64,000 nucleotides of DNA from Lepidodermella squamata. Lineage: Eukaryota; Animalia; Gastrotricha. Numbering within the stretch: the first letter of the stretch is position 1; the number at the start of each line of letters is the position of its first letter. The translations under genes were made by a program, and so were the position numbers. The stretch is from assembly GCA_047495785.1 (NCBI GenBank), contig JBLDXI010000033.1, forward strand, positions 186,001-250,000, in the 5' to 3' direction. The notes beneath the pieces were generated by a model. The model saw nothing but the letters and a program-made list of their open reading frames with translations, was not told where the DNA came from and did not search any database. Positions 1 through 12,090 of this stretch are shown here, one piece after another.

Positions 1-143
1 GGAAACCCAGAACCCATTCTCTACGATCAACTCGCAATTTCTTTGTACTATTCCGAAGTCTTTTTGCCTGATTCAAAATTCTTATTCGGTCAGTTACATT
101 TTTCCGCACAGGCCCTGGCAAATCCTATCGAAATTATATTTGC

Positions 144-756
144 CCGTTTACAAATGAAAAGTGGGGCTTGGCGAAATTTTCGACTTCGTGAGAATTGTGT
201 ACCACTTTGAAGATTGATGAACAAGGAGTCGAGGGTTAATCTTTTTTCATCTTGCCAAAATATTTTTTCATCTTGCCAAACATCTTTTTCTATCTAACCG
301 AAAATTTCCATCTTTATTCATCTAACCAGCATTTTCTTAGGTTGACATGAATTTAAAAAAAAAAATCTAAAAAATACGATAAGATAAGAAAAATAAAATA
401 AATAAAAAGAGGTTGATTATCAGGGTCGCTGAGAAATCGGGCTTGAAAGTTCACCAGTGAAAAATGCAAATTTCGAAAAAAGTGCGACTAAAATTAAGTT
501 ATTGATGCCTCAATTAATAATTTCCTGCGCAATAAATTCTAGTGTCTCCACATCAACCTGAATCAATTATACTTGAGTGCGACACTCTTGTGTTTACTGC
601 ATTTTAAGGAGAATGGGAGCATCCTAGAGGTCTGAAATTTGTAAATTAAAAATTCTCAAGAAAAAAGTGACAACATGTTAAGTCAACACACTTTTTATAG
701 ATTTGCTGGAAAATGAAAAAAGTTCGCCGAACCTCACTTTTCACTCGTTAAAACGG
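144..756. mobile_element. MITE-like element with imperfect TIRs (TGAAAAGTGGGGCTTGGCGAAATTTTT / AAAAAGTTCGCCGAACCTCACTTTTCA); related copy at 23451-23907
   Basis: Inverted termini at 155-181 and 716-743. The internal sequence resembles 23451-23620. Non-coding. Confidence 0.55.
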
Positions 757-809
757 TCATTTTGGTTGTTTTTGCGGGACTTGACTGCTGATAATTTTAG
801 GCGGACTTA

Positions 810-2186
810 GAGTGAACGGTTCTAACTTCGGACACGAAACAGTCAAAGAATTCTCGGCTTCTGTGGGAATGAAATGGGGGAAAGTGCCAAGTGGCAAACC
901 TGTGGCCTGGCTATCTGGCTACCTGTAGCAATTTTCCAAATTTTTACATCTATTTGCCTTGATTTCCTGTTAATTGTTCAGCCATCATGGCGCTGTCCGA
1001 AGTTAGGGCCCTAAGTGCCCTAATTTCGGACACATCAAGGTAAATCACATTCACCTTGAATTTGGAGTCATTCGAAAGCCCTCTACTAGGCGATGAGGAA
1101 TATCTGGTTTGCCGCTTTAAAAAAGATCACATAGCATCGATAAAAAATATTTATATTTGAAAAAATTCATGAACAATTTGGCGTATTTTGACTAGATTTC
1201 CTTGAGACAAAGGTATACAGTAACTAGATAACAATGGGAGTGGCAAGTGTGCACCTTAAATTTAGGGTTCCAGCACTAATATTGAGACTCCGGCCCTAGA
1301 TTTCCACTAAATATGGGTTTTCGGGTTTCAAGTCTCCACTAGAATCTAAATTTTCCTCTTATCATGCCTAACCGATAGATCGTCATATTACGAGTATTTT
1401 GCGCTATAAGCGGTCCGTTTACGAGTTATACTTAAGCCTGCAGAGCTGATATCGATTCCAAGTATCGATTTAAAAAATCAGTGATTTTACCGATATCACC
1501 CGTTATGGAACCCAACATCGATAGTTTTCTATGCAGCTTAGGGCACCAGGTAGCTAAAATAACAAATCCTAGGTTCAGGGAGGGCATCAGTATCGATCAA
1601 ACTGAAAACACCGAAATCGCATTAAGAATGTTTGTTCGAGCGGCCGAGTGAAAAATGACCAAAAAAAGCTTTAGAATTATGAAATTATAAAATATGAATA
1701 ATGAAATATGAACTATATGAAATATGAAATAGGTAATATAGCGATTTTCAGATTCAAATGCTTCTTGAAGTAAAAACGCGCGCGAAATGCAAGTGATAAA
1801 CACGCGGACCTCTGCTAACCGCAAAGAACGAGGCTAACCGCGAAAAAGCGACGGGAAAATCGTGGCTTGAGAATCACTGAATTAAGTAATCCCCTTTGTA
1901 CCTATCATTTTGCATCATTAGTATCTTGATTTCAGGTGAATTTTCAAAGCTAAAAGCAATAGCTAGATTGAACATCAACAAAAATTAAAAATATAAATTT
2001 CAATTTTTCAGTTTTGATTCATCAACCATTGTTGCGTCACAAAATTGAGCGCGTAAACAGTTAAATTTTGGTTTTTTCAATCGCCGCAAACTTGGCAGCG
2101 CGTGAGCTCTAATTTCGGACGTCCGAAGTTAGGCACACTACCCTGTCCGAATTTGAGGCACTGTCCGAAGTTAGAACCGTTCACTC
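810..2186. mobile_element. Tc1/mariner-type non-autonomous element (MITE) with TA target-site duplication
   Basis: 25-bp TIR GAGTGAACGGTTCTAACTTCGGACA at 810 and its reverse complement ending at 2186. Flanked by TA on both sides. Subterminal TCCGAAGTTAG repeats. Confidence 0.75.
1235..1540 (+). repeat. Dispersed repeat nested in the MITE; second copy at ~49727-50010
   Basis: Shared blocks such as TAAATTTAGGGTTCCAGC, CTAAATATGGGTTT and GATATCGATTCCAAGTATCGATT. Confidence 0.65.
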
Positions 2187-2240
2187 TATCTAAAATTGCG
2201 CTTCTCAAATTATTTGACTATTACTTATTTTTTAATTTAG

Positions 2241-3041
2241 AACTTGCTGCCCTCGTCAGCACGATCCGCCACCAACGCCAGCCAGGCCGCGAATGGTCTA
2301 ACGATAATGATCAAATGAAAAGCACCCTAAAACGGCTGATTTCAATCGGCAGTTTACCCATAGCCGCCGGATCGAAGGCTGAAATGACCTTCCTGTTCAC
2401 TCTTTACGAACTATGCCTCTACGTGAAAACCGGCGCAGGTGGCACTCGGCCGTTGTATAATGCCGGCCTCATGCGAATCTTCAAACAAATACCCCTGGTC
2501 AAACGGCTGTTTTCACCCGATGTAAATTTCATGCAGATGTCATTTTTCGAGACCGTGGTAATGCAACTGGTTTTCAAACTGCTGATTCACCTTGTACCGA
2601 ACGATACCGAGGAACTGGACCTTCGAGACCAGGCCATGCGCGATCTTGTTACCACCCCGAATTTCGTCGAATTCATGTGTGAATTGGGCCGGCAGTTCAC
2701 GAGGCGAGATGTGATGCGACTTTTGACCCAGTCGCCGATACATCGATTCATTTTCAAGCGGTTTGTCGCCCTGATGATTCCGTTAGATGACAGCCCTGTC
2801 ATGCGGGAACGCTTTGTTAAGGGGCACTACCCCTTATGTGACCCTACGTTTGGGGTCTACATCTGGCTGACAGGGTTCTGTACGTCCCCAAGGTTGGACG
2901 TAAGACCTGGTGGGCCGTTTGGCATGGCTTTGGCGAGGCTGGGTAATTTGACGGATGAGTGCTCGAAATGGTACTTGGAACCGTGGCGGAAGGCGTCGAA
3001 AGCCGAACTTGGCAACGCTATAACGATTGCTTCGAATCTTG
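2241..3041 (+). CDS. TPR-family array gene G1, exon B (conserved core, unknown domain); exon A lies upstream of the window
   Basis: Acceptor tttaatttag|AA and donor CTTG|gtaaat. 801 nt, phase 1-1. Motifs RPLYNAGLMRIFKQIP, DQAMRDLVTTPNF, DDSPVMRERFVKGHYPLCDP and KASKAELGNAI are shared with five other copies. Confidence 0.85.
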
Positions 3042-3214
3042 GTAAATATTTTGATTTGAAAATACTGCAAATGCAAACGTATTGTTCCTTGAATACTACT
3101 GAAATATTCTGAAATTCACAAGATTTCAAATTTCAAACTGATACTTTTAAAATCGAATGTTGACGAGTCGGAATTCGGAATTGGTCGGAAAATAGTTGCG
3201 GAGTTAGGCTTCAA

Positions 3215-3778
3215 TCATTGTTTAGACTGCTCTAGGTAATTTATCGATCTACCACGCCGGAACCCAAAAGGATAAAAATCCAGCTGGGCAGGAAGCGACA
3301 ACCTCAACGCATTTATCCACGCCATAGGCGGGACCCTGCGTGCCAACCACACACTCTCGGCTTCAATTAAGAAATCCGTGAGCGTTTGCTTGCCAAGCAC
3401 GAATTTGCCAACCTGCGGAATGGTCGAATCCTCCGTGGGCAGAGTTTTCAGCGTTGCTCCTTGAAAGCTCGCCATCAACCTTATCAACCTTATCCACCTT
3501 GATCCACCGTAAACAACCAAATAAAGGAGGGAGAAAAAAATTCAGCTACTACTACAACCAACTTCCGGGTCTCGGTGCCAGTGTGACGGTCCCCGGTTTA
3601 AGCAACTAGACTGAATTAACAAACAGCTTTATTCGTAAGAGAACTGATCTTCAGGGCCACATAGGGCCAGTTTATATACAGCAGGGGCACGCGACCCTGG
3701 GTTGGCGGGATGTGACAGGTGGTCCCTTGGCAGGGGTGCAGCAACGGGCGCGTGCCAACCAAGTGACCGCCGGTCACA
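3215..3778 (-). mobile_element. Truncated LTR retrotransposon (Ty3/gypsy-like): 5' LTR 3582-3778, PBS, start of gag
   Basis: 197-bp LTR with TGTGAC...GTCACA ends and minus-strand TATATAAA and AATAAA. It is followed by TGGCACCGAGACCCGG (PBS-like) and a gag-like ORF at 3215-3520. Confidence 0.65.
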
Positions 3779-4335
3779 CAGATCTCAAGGACATATTTCA
3801 TTCTTCGGCCTCATCAGCGGCGCGCTGGCGGACGGGCAACAGGTTGGCCAGGTACCTTGCCAGACTTTAAGTCTAAACCATGCTGGTTCACAGACCGGCT
3901 GAGCGAGCGCCACAACCGCTGCCAGTTGTAGCCCTGGTAGAGACGTTGCAATTGGCGGCCGTTTATACCCGGTGGCGCGGCGAGGACGGGTTCATTCATG
4001 TTGTTCTCGGAAATATAGTCGATTAGTAAATTAGATGGCCCTTGAAAACTTTGGGAATCGGCAATTTCACTCATCAATACATGAAAATCAGTATTAACAT
4101 ATCAACCCAGCCGAAAATTGATTAAATTCGGCTGGTTGCAAAAACATTGGTTTGAAAAGAGCGACGTTCGACTAGTAAGAAAACATTGATCTTTTGAGAG
4201 ATCAGTAGACAATTCGGCTAATCAAAGTCGAATTATAAAAAGGAATAAACCTAATGGTACTCAGCCGAGGGGTCCAAGAGACATCTAAATGAACAGAAGG
4301 GTTCAAAATCAACTTCTTCCTAAACTTGCCGAGCG

Positions 4336-5094
4336 TTAAAAGTTCGAAGACATTCGTCTCGGGGTCAACATCAACAAATGAATATTGAAGATTGAAGATT
4401 GAATGAGCAAAGCCACACGCCGAATGTTCGAGGCAGTGTTGTCATCGTCTTTGAAATAAGGATCGCCCTCGATTGGCGACAGGGGCCGGTCCTTGCACAT
4501 CTTGCCAACGATTCGCGCGCGTCGACCAGAACGTCCTGCTAGCAGCCGTTCTTCTTTGTCCACGGGCTCGTTATACATCGTCCGCTTGTAGATGAGAGAA
4601 GTGAAAATTTTGAATTCGCCGTCGCGCTCCGCAAATGATTTAATGACTTGTCTGACACCTTTGCCAAGCTCCTTAAAGACCAGTCCAGTCTCCCGGAAAG
4701 GCGCCAGTATAAATTCTTCGGCAAATGCGATCACCACAACTGCGTTAACTGCATCCGTGAATGACCAGGGCTGAAAGAGGCGGATCGATTGATGTGCTGA
4801 TTTATCCGAGCAAATTTCTTCACATGTTTCGGCGAGGCTAAGTTGTATCAAATATTGAGCAGCGAGTACCTCACCACCCCAAGGAAGAGGTTATGCATGG
4901 GTTCAACCGGGCACTGCTTGGTTGGGCCGAATCCGGGAATGTCGAGAACGCAAGCCCACTCATTTAGGCCTTTTGAGTGAATCCAGTTTCGTGTAGCCGC
5001 TTCTCGCCTCATTTCATCGGTTCGGGTTTCATAGTTACCGTTAGGGTAAACAGTATTGTTGTTGCACCGTTTGCAGTGAAAACAAATCCTTGCT
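4336..5094 (-). mobile_element. CACTA/EnSpm-like transposase remnant
   Basis: Minus strand 5093-4851 reads CFHCKRC...ETRTDEM...GLNEWACVLDIPGFGPTKQCPVEPMHNLFLGVV, matching the (D/E)xMHxxxLG motif of CMC-EnSpm transposases. The frame stops at 4848-4850. Confidence 0.55.
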
Positions 5095-5668
5095 ATTCTT
5101 CTTCCGTATAAACCAATTCCATTACCAATCGCACCGGCGTTCCATTCTGAATGGGCTGTAAATTCCTTTCTGGATCCGTTAACTGTTAGAGATATTCGAG
5201 GATGCTTGCATGTCTGAGCTTGGGATTTAACCGATTCTCCAACAAATTAGCCTATGAAACGCAATTCTTAATAGATTAATTACATTGAATATAAAAATCT
5301 CTATTGGTTGAATGGCGTTTTATCGGCTCAGTAGTTGGTATTCTTAGGCGACCTTTCGTCCTTGGTTCAGTTGAGAATTAATAGGTATCGAAAAAATTCA
5401 AGAAGGCTAACCGGCGTCGAATTTGGTTGCCAATATGTTTAAGAAGGTTTCTGGGGTTTGAAAATAACTCTGGTAGATCCAATGATGTCGATTGATCCAT
5501 TTTAAAATTGGAAAAGTGGATATGGCATGAAGCATTGAAGTTCGAAGGAATTGAATTTTTTAAACATCGTACTGCACCCAATTTTTGAATTTCTGATTTA
5601 AATTGGGTTTCAGATCCGAATATCACTCAACATGATACATTCTAATAAGCTTTTCTCTTCCATTTTAG

Positions 5669-6171
5669 GGCATCTCATTTACTTCATTGCCCGCCAAGAA
5701 CATGAAATCTATATCACCCCAACGTTATTCTGGCAAGGTGCAACTGGGGATAAGACAATTGCCGAAGCTTGCGGCAACAATCCATGCTTTGCGTTTTACG
5801 TTTCTCGCAATCTACCGATCGTAATGCGCGACCTACGCCGACTCTCCCACGATTTTCTTATCCGGAAAGACGCCAATAATTTTGTCCTACTTCTCGCGCA
5901 TGTCACTGCCAGATTGAATAGGTTGGATCCATGCTGGGAATCTCCACCGTGTTACCACGGCTTGAAGGGCAGTTTCGTCGAAGATCTGGCGCTGTTTGCC
6001 AAGTCACTCAAATCTGGATGGTTGCCGAATAACGACCCAGGATACGCTCGTTCATTGCAGTACAACCTCAGTCACGTGCTGTGCGGTTTTTCGAAAATTT
6101 CGAAAAAATTCGAAAATGACATCAATTCTATCGATTCAGCTTGGAGACGACCTAATGAAATCCCTGTGTAA
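5669..6171 (+). CDS. G1 exon C (terminal)
   Basis: Acceptor cattttag|GG CAT restores GHLIYFIARQ in phase 1. Shares FxxYxxxNL, WExPP and KGSFxEEL-type motifs with the other C exons. Confidence 0.85.
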
Positions 6172-6693
6172 CGTGATACTTCGAGCATAATTTTCTGAAA
6201 TTTGATTGAAGCATGCGCCGATGCTTCGAAATTTTGAGCCATAAAATGGTGTTGTTTTTTGAGATTCGATTTTTTTTTATTGACCTCCTAAAGGTAAAAA
6301 GAGGAGGTTTTTTCAGAAATTCGAGTTGCTTCATAACCCAAAATGTATTATTCATGAGGCCTTGATATTGGTGGGAGTAAAAATTCTGGCAAACTGTAAC
6401 CATGAGCTAAATTATGGAACAGTGATTAGAAGGTTTCGCTGCTCTTTGGTCTGGTTTTTTATTTTATTTCGGGGGAAATTATGTCCCATTCTTGCTTATC
6501 AGCGCTGTGAAGCCCAATTTATGACCACGGTAAAAATTGCCGCTTCGACATTTTTTCACTGTCCAGTTCCAAATTTAGGAAATCTAGTAAAGGAACTCGC
6601 GTTTTATTCCGATCATTTAGAATTTTGTAACTTTACTTGAAATCTTTGAATTAGTTACGTTTGAAATTTTAGATAATTTTAAATTTGCGAAAA

Positions 6694-8047
6694 ATGAACG
6701 CGTTTGAGACATTTTTCGGTAAAATTCAATATGGCGACCAAATTTCATCTTCGAATACTTTCAACGATACCGGAATCTTGAAATTACTATCCGAGCTGAA
6801 ATCTGTCGAGGAAATAAAAAAGCTACATCAAGAAATTCGAACGGATTTAAGCGGTGACGAATCAGCTGTGAAAGATATCGCTGATAAACAGGAACAACTT
6901 CGATTGAAAGGCAACGAATTGTACGAATCCGGCGATTTAGAAGGCGCGTTGGAAATGTACAAATCGGCGATTTACTCCCCCGATTGGCCGCCACCTAGCG
7001 ATACTCGCTTCTACACAAATTCTTCTCAGTGTCTTATTCAGTTGAAACGGTATGAAGAGGCGATTCTCTACTCGAAATTGGCGCTTCAAATCGATCCGAA
7101 TTCGTACCGAGCGTGTCAGTTTTGCATGTGGGGTTTCACGCATCTCGGCTATGATCACATGGCAGAGCACTACGGACACATTATGACCATGAAAATCAAC
7201 CCACAAGCCCATCCTGGGTTCGTTGTTCGAGTCATGGCAATTATGCTGAAAATTCGAAAAGCTCGACCGCCTAATTTTCCGACTCGCCACGATTGCCACA
7301 GTTGTCACGATGGCAAAAATTGTGAACATCTTAAAAATTCGATTAAACGGCTTATTTCAATTGGAAATTCAACGATTAACGAGGGAATTTTCCTATTCAC
7401 CCTGTATGAACTGGTACAGCACGAGCATCAATGCGAAAATGGATGTCGACCGTTGTTTGACGCTGGTTTTATGCGAATTTTCAAACAAATTCCAGTGATT
7501 AAACGGCTGTTTTCACCCGAATTTGACTTTTCGAAATTGAATTTCTTCGAGGCGATGGTTATGCAATTAGTTTTGGAAATCACAACTCACATGATTCCGC
7601 AGAAAGTTGAGAATGTGAATCTCAAAGATCAAGCGATGCGCGACTTGGTTACTACGCCGAATTTTCTCGAATTTTTATGCGAATTAGCCCGGCAAGTTGT
7701 TCGACGTGAAAATTTGCGACTTGTTGTTACTTCTCCAATTCATCGATTTATTTTCGAGAATTTCGTGAAATTACTGCTGTGTTTATTTGAAAGCCCAACG
7801 ATGCGTGACCGATTCATTGAAGGTCATTTGCCGCTATGTGACCCGACTTTCGGCATCTATTTATGCATGGCTGCGTTTTGTTATTTACCGATTGATCTGA
7901 AAAATGATAAAAACCAGCTATTTCTTGCGACTTTGGAGTGTCTCGTTAATACGGCTGAAAAATGCCCGGATTGGTACTTCGGGCCGTGGAGGAAAAAGGC
8001 GTCAAAAGAAGAAATTGGAAATGCGATTTCTATCGCTTCAAACCTCG
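6694..8047 (+). CDS. G2 exon 1 (fused A+B): TPR domain plus conserved core
   Basis: ATG at 6694. TPR motif LKGNELYESGDLEGALEMYKSAI...FYTNSSQCLIQLKRYEEAILYSKLALQIDP runs without an intron into the exon-B-like core. Donor CTCG|gtttgt. Confidence 0.85.
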
Positions 8048-8099
8048 GTTTGTATACCTTTCCGAGCATTAATTTGAAATTTTCATCATTTTTTTCAAG

Positions 8100-8608
8100 G
8101 TCAAATAATCAACATTCTAGCCCGGCAAAACGCTTTTCGATCTAATTTTTCTCTGACTCCGTTTTTCGAAATCGTAACCCGGGATAAGAAGTTGGCAGAG
8201 TCATGCACTTCTCAAGCCTCCTTCGCTCTTTACATCTCTGAAAATTTGCGTCATTTCATCCGTGAATTCAGAAAAGAACCGCGAATATTCACCTATAGAC
8301 GTGAAGTCGATAATTTGCTGCAAAGTCTCGCGAGAATTGTGGCGAAAATCGATCATCTGGATGAGTTTTGGGGTTCACCGCCTTGTTACTCGGGTTACGA
8401 GGGTAGTTACCTTGAAGAATTGATATTGCTCGATCAAACAATCAAATCACCCGGCTTTTTTCTTGCGAAGAGCGATCCTGATTTTGTGGCTAAATTGAGG
8501 CGAAATGTCATCGTTATCCTGTCCGGTTTCGCGAATAATTCGAAAAAGCTAAGGAAAGATATCGAGTCAAATGCTAATTGCAATGCATTTTTTCTTAATC
8601 GTGGTTAA
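8100..8608 (+). CDS. G2 exon C (terminal), after a 52-bp intron (8048-8099)
   Basis: Acceptor tttttcaag|GT gives GQIINILARQ...DKKLAESC, in frame with ORF 8192-8608. Spliced CDS is 1863 nt (620 aa). Confidence 0.85.
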
Positions 8609-8930
8609 ATTTGGACGATAAAAATACTCAGTGATTGACGTGATTGTGAAAATTCAGTATTACGCAACTGATTGTTATTTTATCAATGGCACAGTGGCAA
8701 GCCACGCACTGACCTCGATCATTATTACTTTGACCTGGCGGTGCGTAGTTTTTATGAGAGGCTGCTCGGCGCGTGCGTTCCGAGAAATAGAAAATGACCA
8801 CGTCATTCGTTCATAACACAGACGGTTATAAAATCGTTGCTTTTCTCTCTTTTCTACCATGCTTTTACTTTTTGCTATTTTAAGGTTGATTTTTTATTCG
8901 TGTTAGGTCTCGCTTTTTTACGATTAAATA

Positions 8931-9462
8931 ATGAAGACGTTCGAAACCGTGTTCGGAAAATACGACTATGGCGATCCGATTACATCGTCTGATTGCTGGG
9001 GCAGCGCTGACACTCTCAATTTAATCGCTGGTCTCAAATCAGTGGAAGACGTTTACCGACTCCACCAGCAAATTCGAGTCGAATTAAACGGTGGTGAATC
9101 ACTGATGAAAGAAGTCGAGACCAGGCAAAATGAACGCCGCCTCGACGGGAATAAATTGTTCGAGGCTGGCGATTTTGAAGGGGCATTCGGAGCCTACAGG
9201 TCCGGCATTTGTTCCGCCGATTGGCCGCCACCGCGCGATGCTCGTTGGTACACGAATGCTGCTCAATGCCTGATCCAGCTGCAGCGATTCGAGGAGGCTG
9301 TTGTCTACGCGAAATTGGCGTTTCAGATCGATCGGAATTCTCTAAGAGCATGCCAGCTGTGTGCGATCGCTTTCACGCATTTGGGCCACGATGACGTTGC
9401 TAAGGACTACATCAGAGCAATGCTCCTAGTCAAGCCTCGAGCAACTTCCAGTTTTATTAAAG
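8931..9462 (+). CDS. G3 exon A (TPR domain)
   Basis: MKTFETVFGKYDYG...GNKLFEAGDFEGA...WYTNAAQCLIQLQRFEEA. Donor AAAG|gttagc, phase 1. Confidence 0.85.
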
Positions 9463-12090
9463 GTTAGCGTTGCTTTTTTATGTAGGCTTCAAATTATTGT
9501 CAGAAAAACTATATCCAATATGTTTTTGAAAAGTCAATGAGTTGTTCAATGAGTAATAATTGATTAAAGTTGAGCTTTTTTTCTTCTCCATCGAAGCCAT
9601 AATCGAATTTCGAATTTTTTCTACGCCACTGTAAAATAATATACTCGTTTTTGATTACTCTGATAATAGGGCAGGCTATTCGAATTACATTGCGTGGGTA
9701 AAATGGGGTAAATTTTCTTACCATCAATTTTGAGGCCTAATCCCAAATTCTTTCTTCTCAGCAAATGCAATTTTTTACCGCGAAAAGTTGGCTAAATTCT
9801 TGTTGGGTCGAAAAATTTTCCACAGCGTCGCGAGTTTCATCTAATTCTCTGCGATTCGCGTCAATTAGCCTAAATGTTGAACAGTTGCACAAGGAAGGAG
9901 GAATCATATGAGATGAAGCTATAAAGTCGACTAAAATCCTTTGAAACAAGTTAGTTCAATTTCCAAAGGCCATGTAGTGGTTTCCTGTGTAGTAGAAGTG
10001 ATGAGTGCGACCAGTTTCGCGGCTAGCCGGCTAGATTGGCTAGCTTGGAAGGAAGCATAGTCAGATCTTTCTTCAGCACCAACATTCCCATCGGACTCTG
10101 CTTCGGAAGCTGAATCAAACTTCAACGCCTTGGAAGCTTTTTTCGGACGACCACGCGACGCGGTTAAGGTCCTTCTTTGTGAACCCGTTTCGCGACTCCA
10201 AGCCGTTATTTGTAGACGAGTAATTTGAAGCCCCTTCGTGCCAATAGCATAGATCGCCTTAGCTTGAGAGGCAAGTAAATTCAATGAACTCACCAATGAT
10301 TTATCGTTTGCGAAACGACTTGATGAAACTTTTAGCATGCTTATTGACTTGCCACTTGCGAACGAATCAAGGTCAGTTCGTTGCGATCCAGTTCATCCCA
10401 ATACTTGTTAATCCGCTACGAGCGCTACGCCTTTAACTCCTACAACTTCAGTTCATCGGCGTTCATAACCAGACTAGCTTTCGAGCAGTGCGAACAGCGA
10501 TGAACACCACTTTCTTCGACCTAATTGTACAGATAGCCTTTGCAGAAACAAACCTTCCCGCCGCGAGTACTATCAACAAATAAGTCAGGAATTTATTCAA
10601 TCTTCTTCTTGGTTGTAGTGGCAGCAGGTAGGGGATTCGGCGGCGGAAGATTCTCTTGATACACGGCTAACGGCAGATTCTGCTGAATTTGAACAACTCA
10701 TTGCCTTTTCCCTTCGAAAATATGACGCTGCATCTAATACTTGAGTTCGTAAGAAAAGCCGATGAACGGCAAATAGAATTCAAAAATATCAAAGATTCAG
10801 CCTTAGCAGGGCCGAGTCGATTACGCTGAAGACAGGCGACTGAAAACAGATTATTGGAGGGATTGCCAGCAGCTTGCGAGCAAGGCCAGCCATCGAGAGA
10901 TTTTTGTGGCGATTCATTTGTCACCAGAAAAGTTGGTCGTGGTGTGAAATCGACCGAACTTTGTAGAAACCGTGAATCTCATCCTCGTAGGTAGGCCGCC
11001 CTAGCCGAATCGTGATTATTTTTAAGAATTTGTAAAATTCCGAAATAGCTAATTTCTATTCACCAGAAGACAACATTGCCTAACAACGATGTAATCGATG
11101 TGAAATGTGGTTACTGGACGCCGCAAAATTGCACACAAAAAACGCGATTCTTTGTGATCTTATTGCAGAGAGAAAGAGACATAAAATCACAGGTTCGAGG
11201 AGTTGCTGGCCGATGGGCCCAAAGATAACCAAAGATTCCTTAGAGGAGACAACTGTTCTTCTCCAATCGCGAATTCTTTTCAATTCTGAAATAAAAAATA
11301 TTGATCATTTTCGTTCTCTGCACGACTCTCGCCTCAGCCTCATGTCATTGTGAGCAATGCTGTTCAAGTAAAGGTGATCAGTCATTGGATTTCTTTAAGG
11401 CTTATATAGCCGACAGAACGCCTAATTGAATTAATTGTAATGATTATTGTAATGTATTGCGACACGTGATATTGCTGGCACGAGGGATGGCTTGTGATGA
11501 GAAATAACTAATGAATAATAATTGGAATCCAGAACTGGGTCAGAGATCATAGCAATCCTCTTAATTACTTGACTCTCGAGCGAGCCATAGAACCCATGCT
11601 ACTGTCAAGCTTTTCCCAAAGCCTTTTGCTGATATCAGGGTTTTTTTCGAAGAGTTCCAACTATTGAATGAGCTTTCTGTCGAGTTTCCAAGGAGATTCA
11701 TTCGATGGATCGTCCCGCCATGCCGATGTTGACCTGAAAAAGCATAAACGATCCTTTTTCAAAGGGGTGGAATGGACTATTTTCTTTTTGATCATTCAAC
11801 TCGGTGATTTCTCAATTGCCGCGAATCTTTCACGCCCATCCAATTAGAAAGAAAGGTTAGCATCCGTGAGCAACTTTTTCAAATTAGACGTACAGGTCTT
11901 GACTCGTATTAGATAGTTACAAGCCTTAGTATTGAACATATTTTATAAGAGAGAGATTGAAATATGGGCCATGCTTGTATCTGGTTGGATTTTATTATTA
12001 ACGTTGCAACTTATGTATTATATAAGAATATAAGATTATAAGAAGCACCATCAGCCGTGACTGGTTTGGGGCAGTAGTCTGAATTCCATT

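Noticed and set aside
2540-3129. Recurrent antisense ORFs over exon B and exon A copies
   Set aside because: Shadow frames of conserved coding exons; their start and stop positions are not conserved among paralogs.
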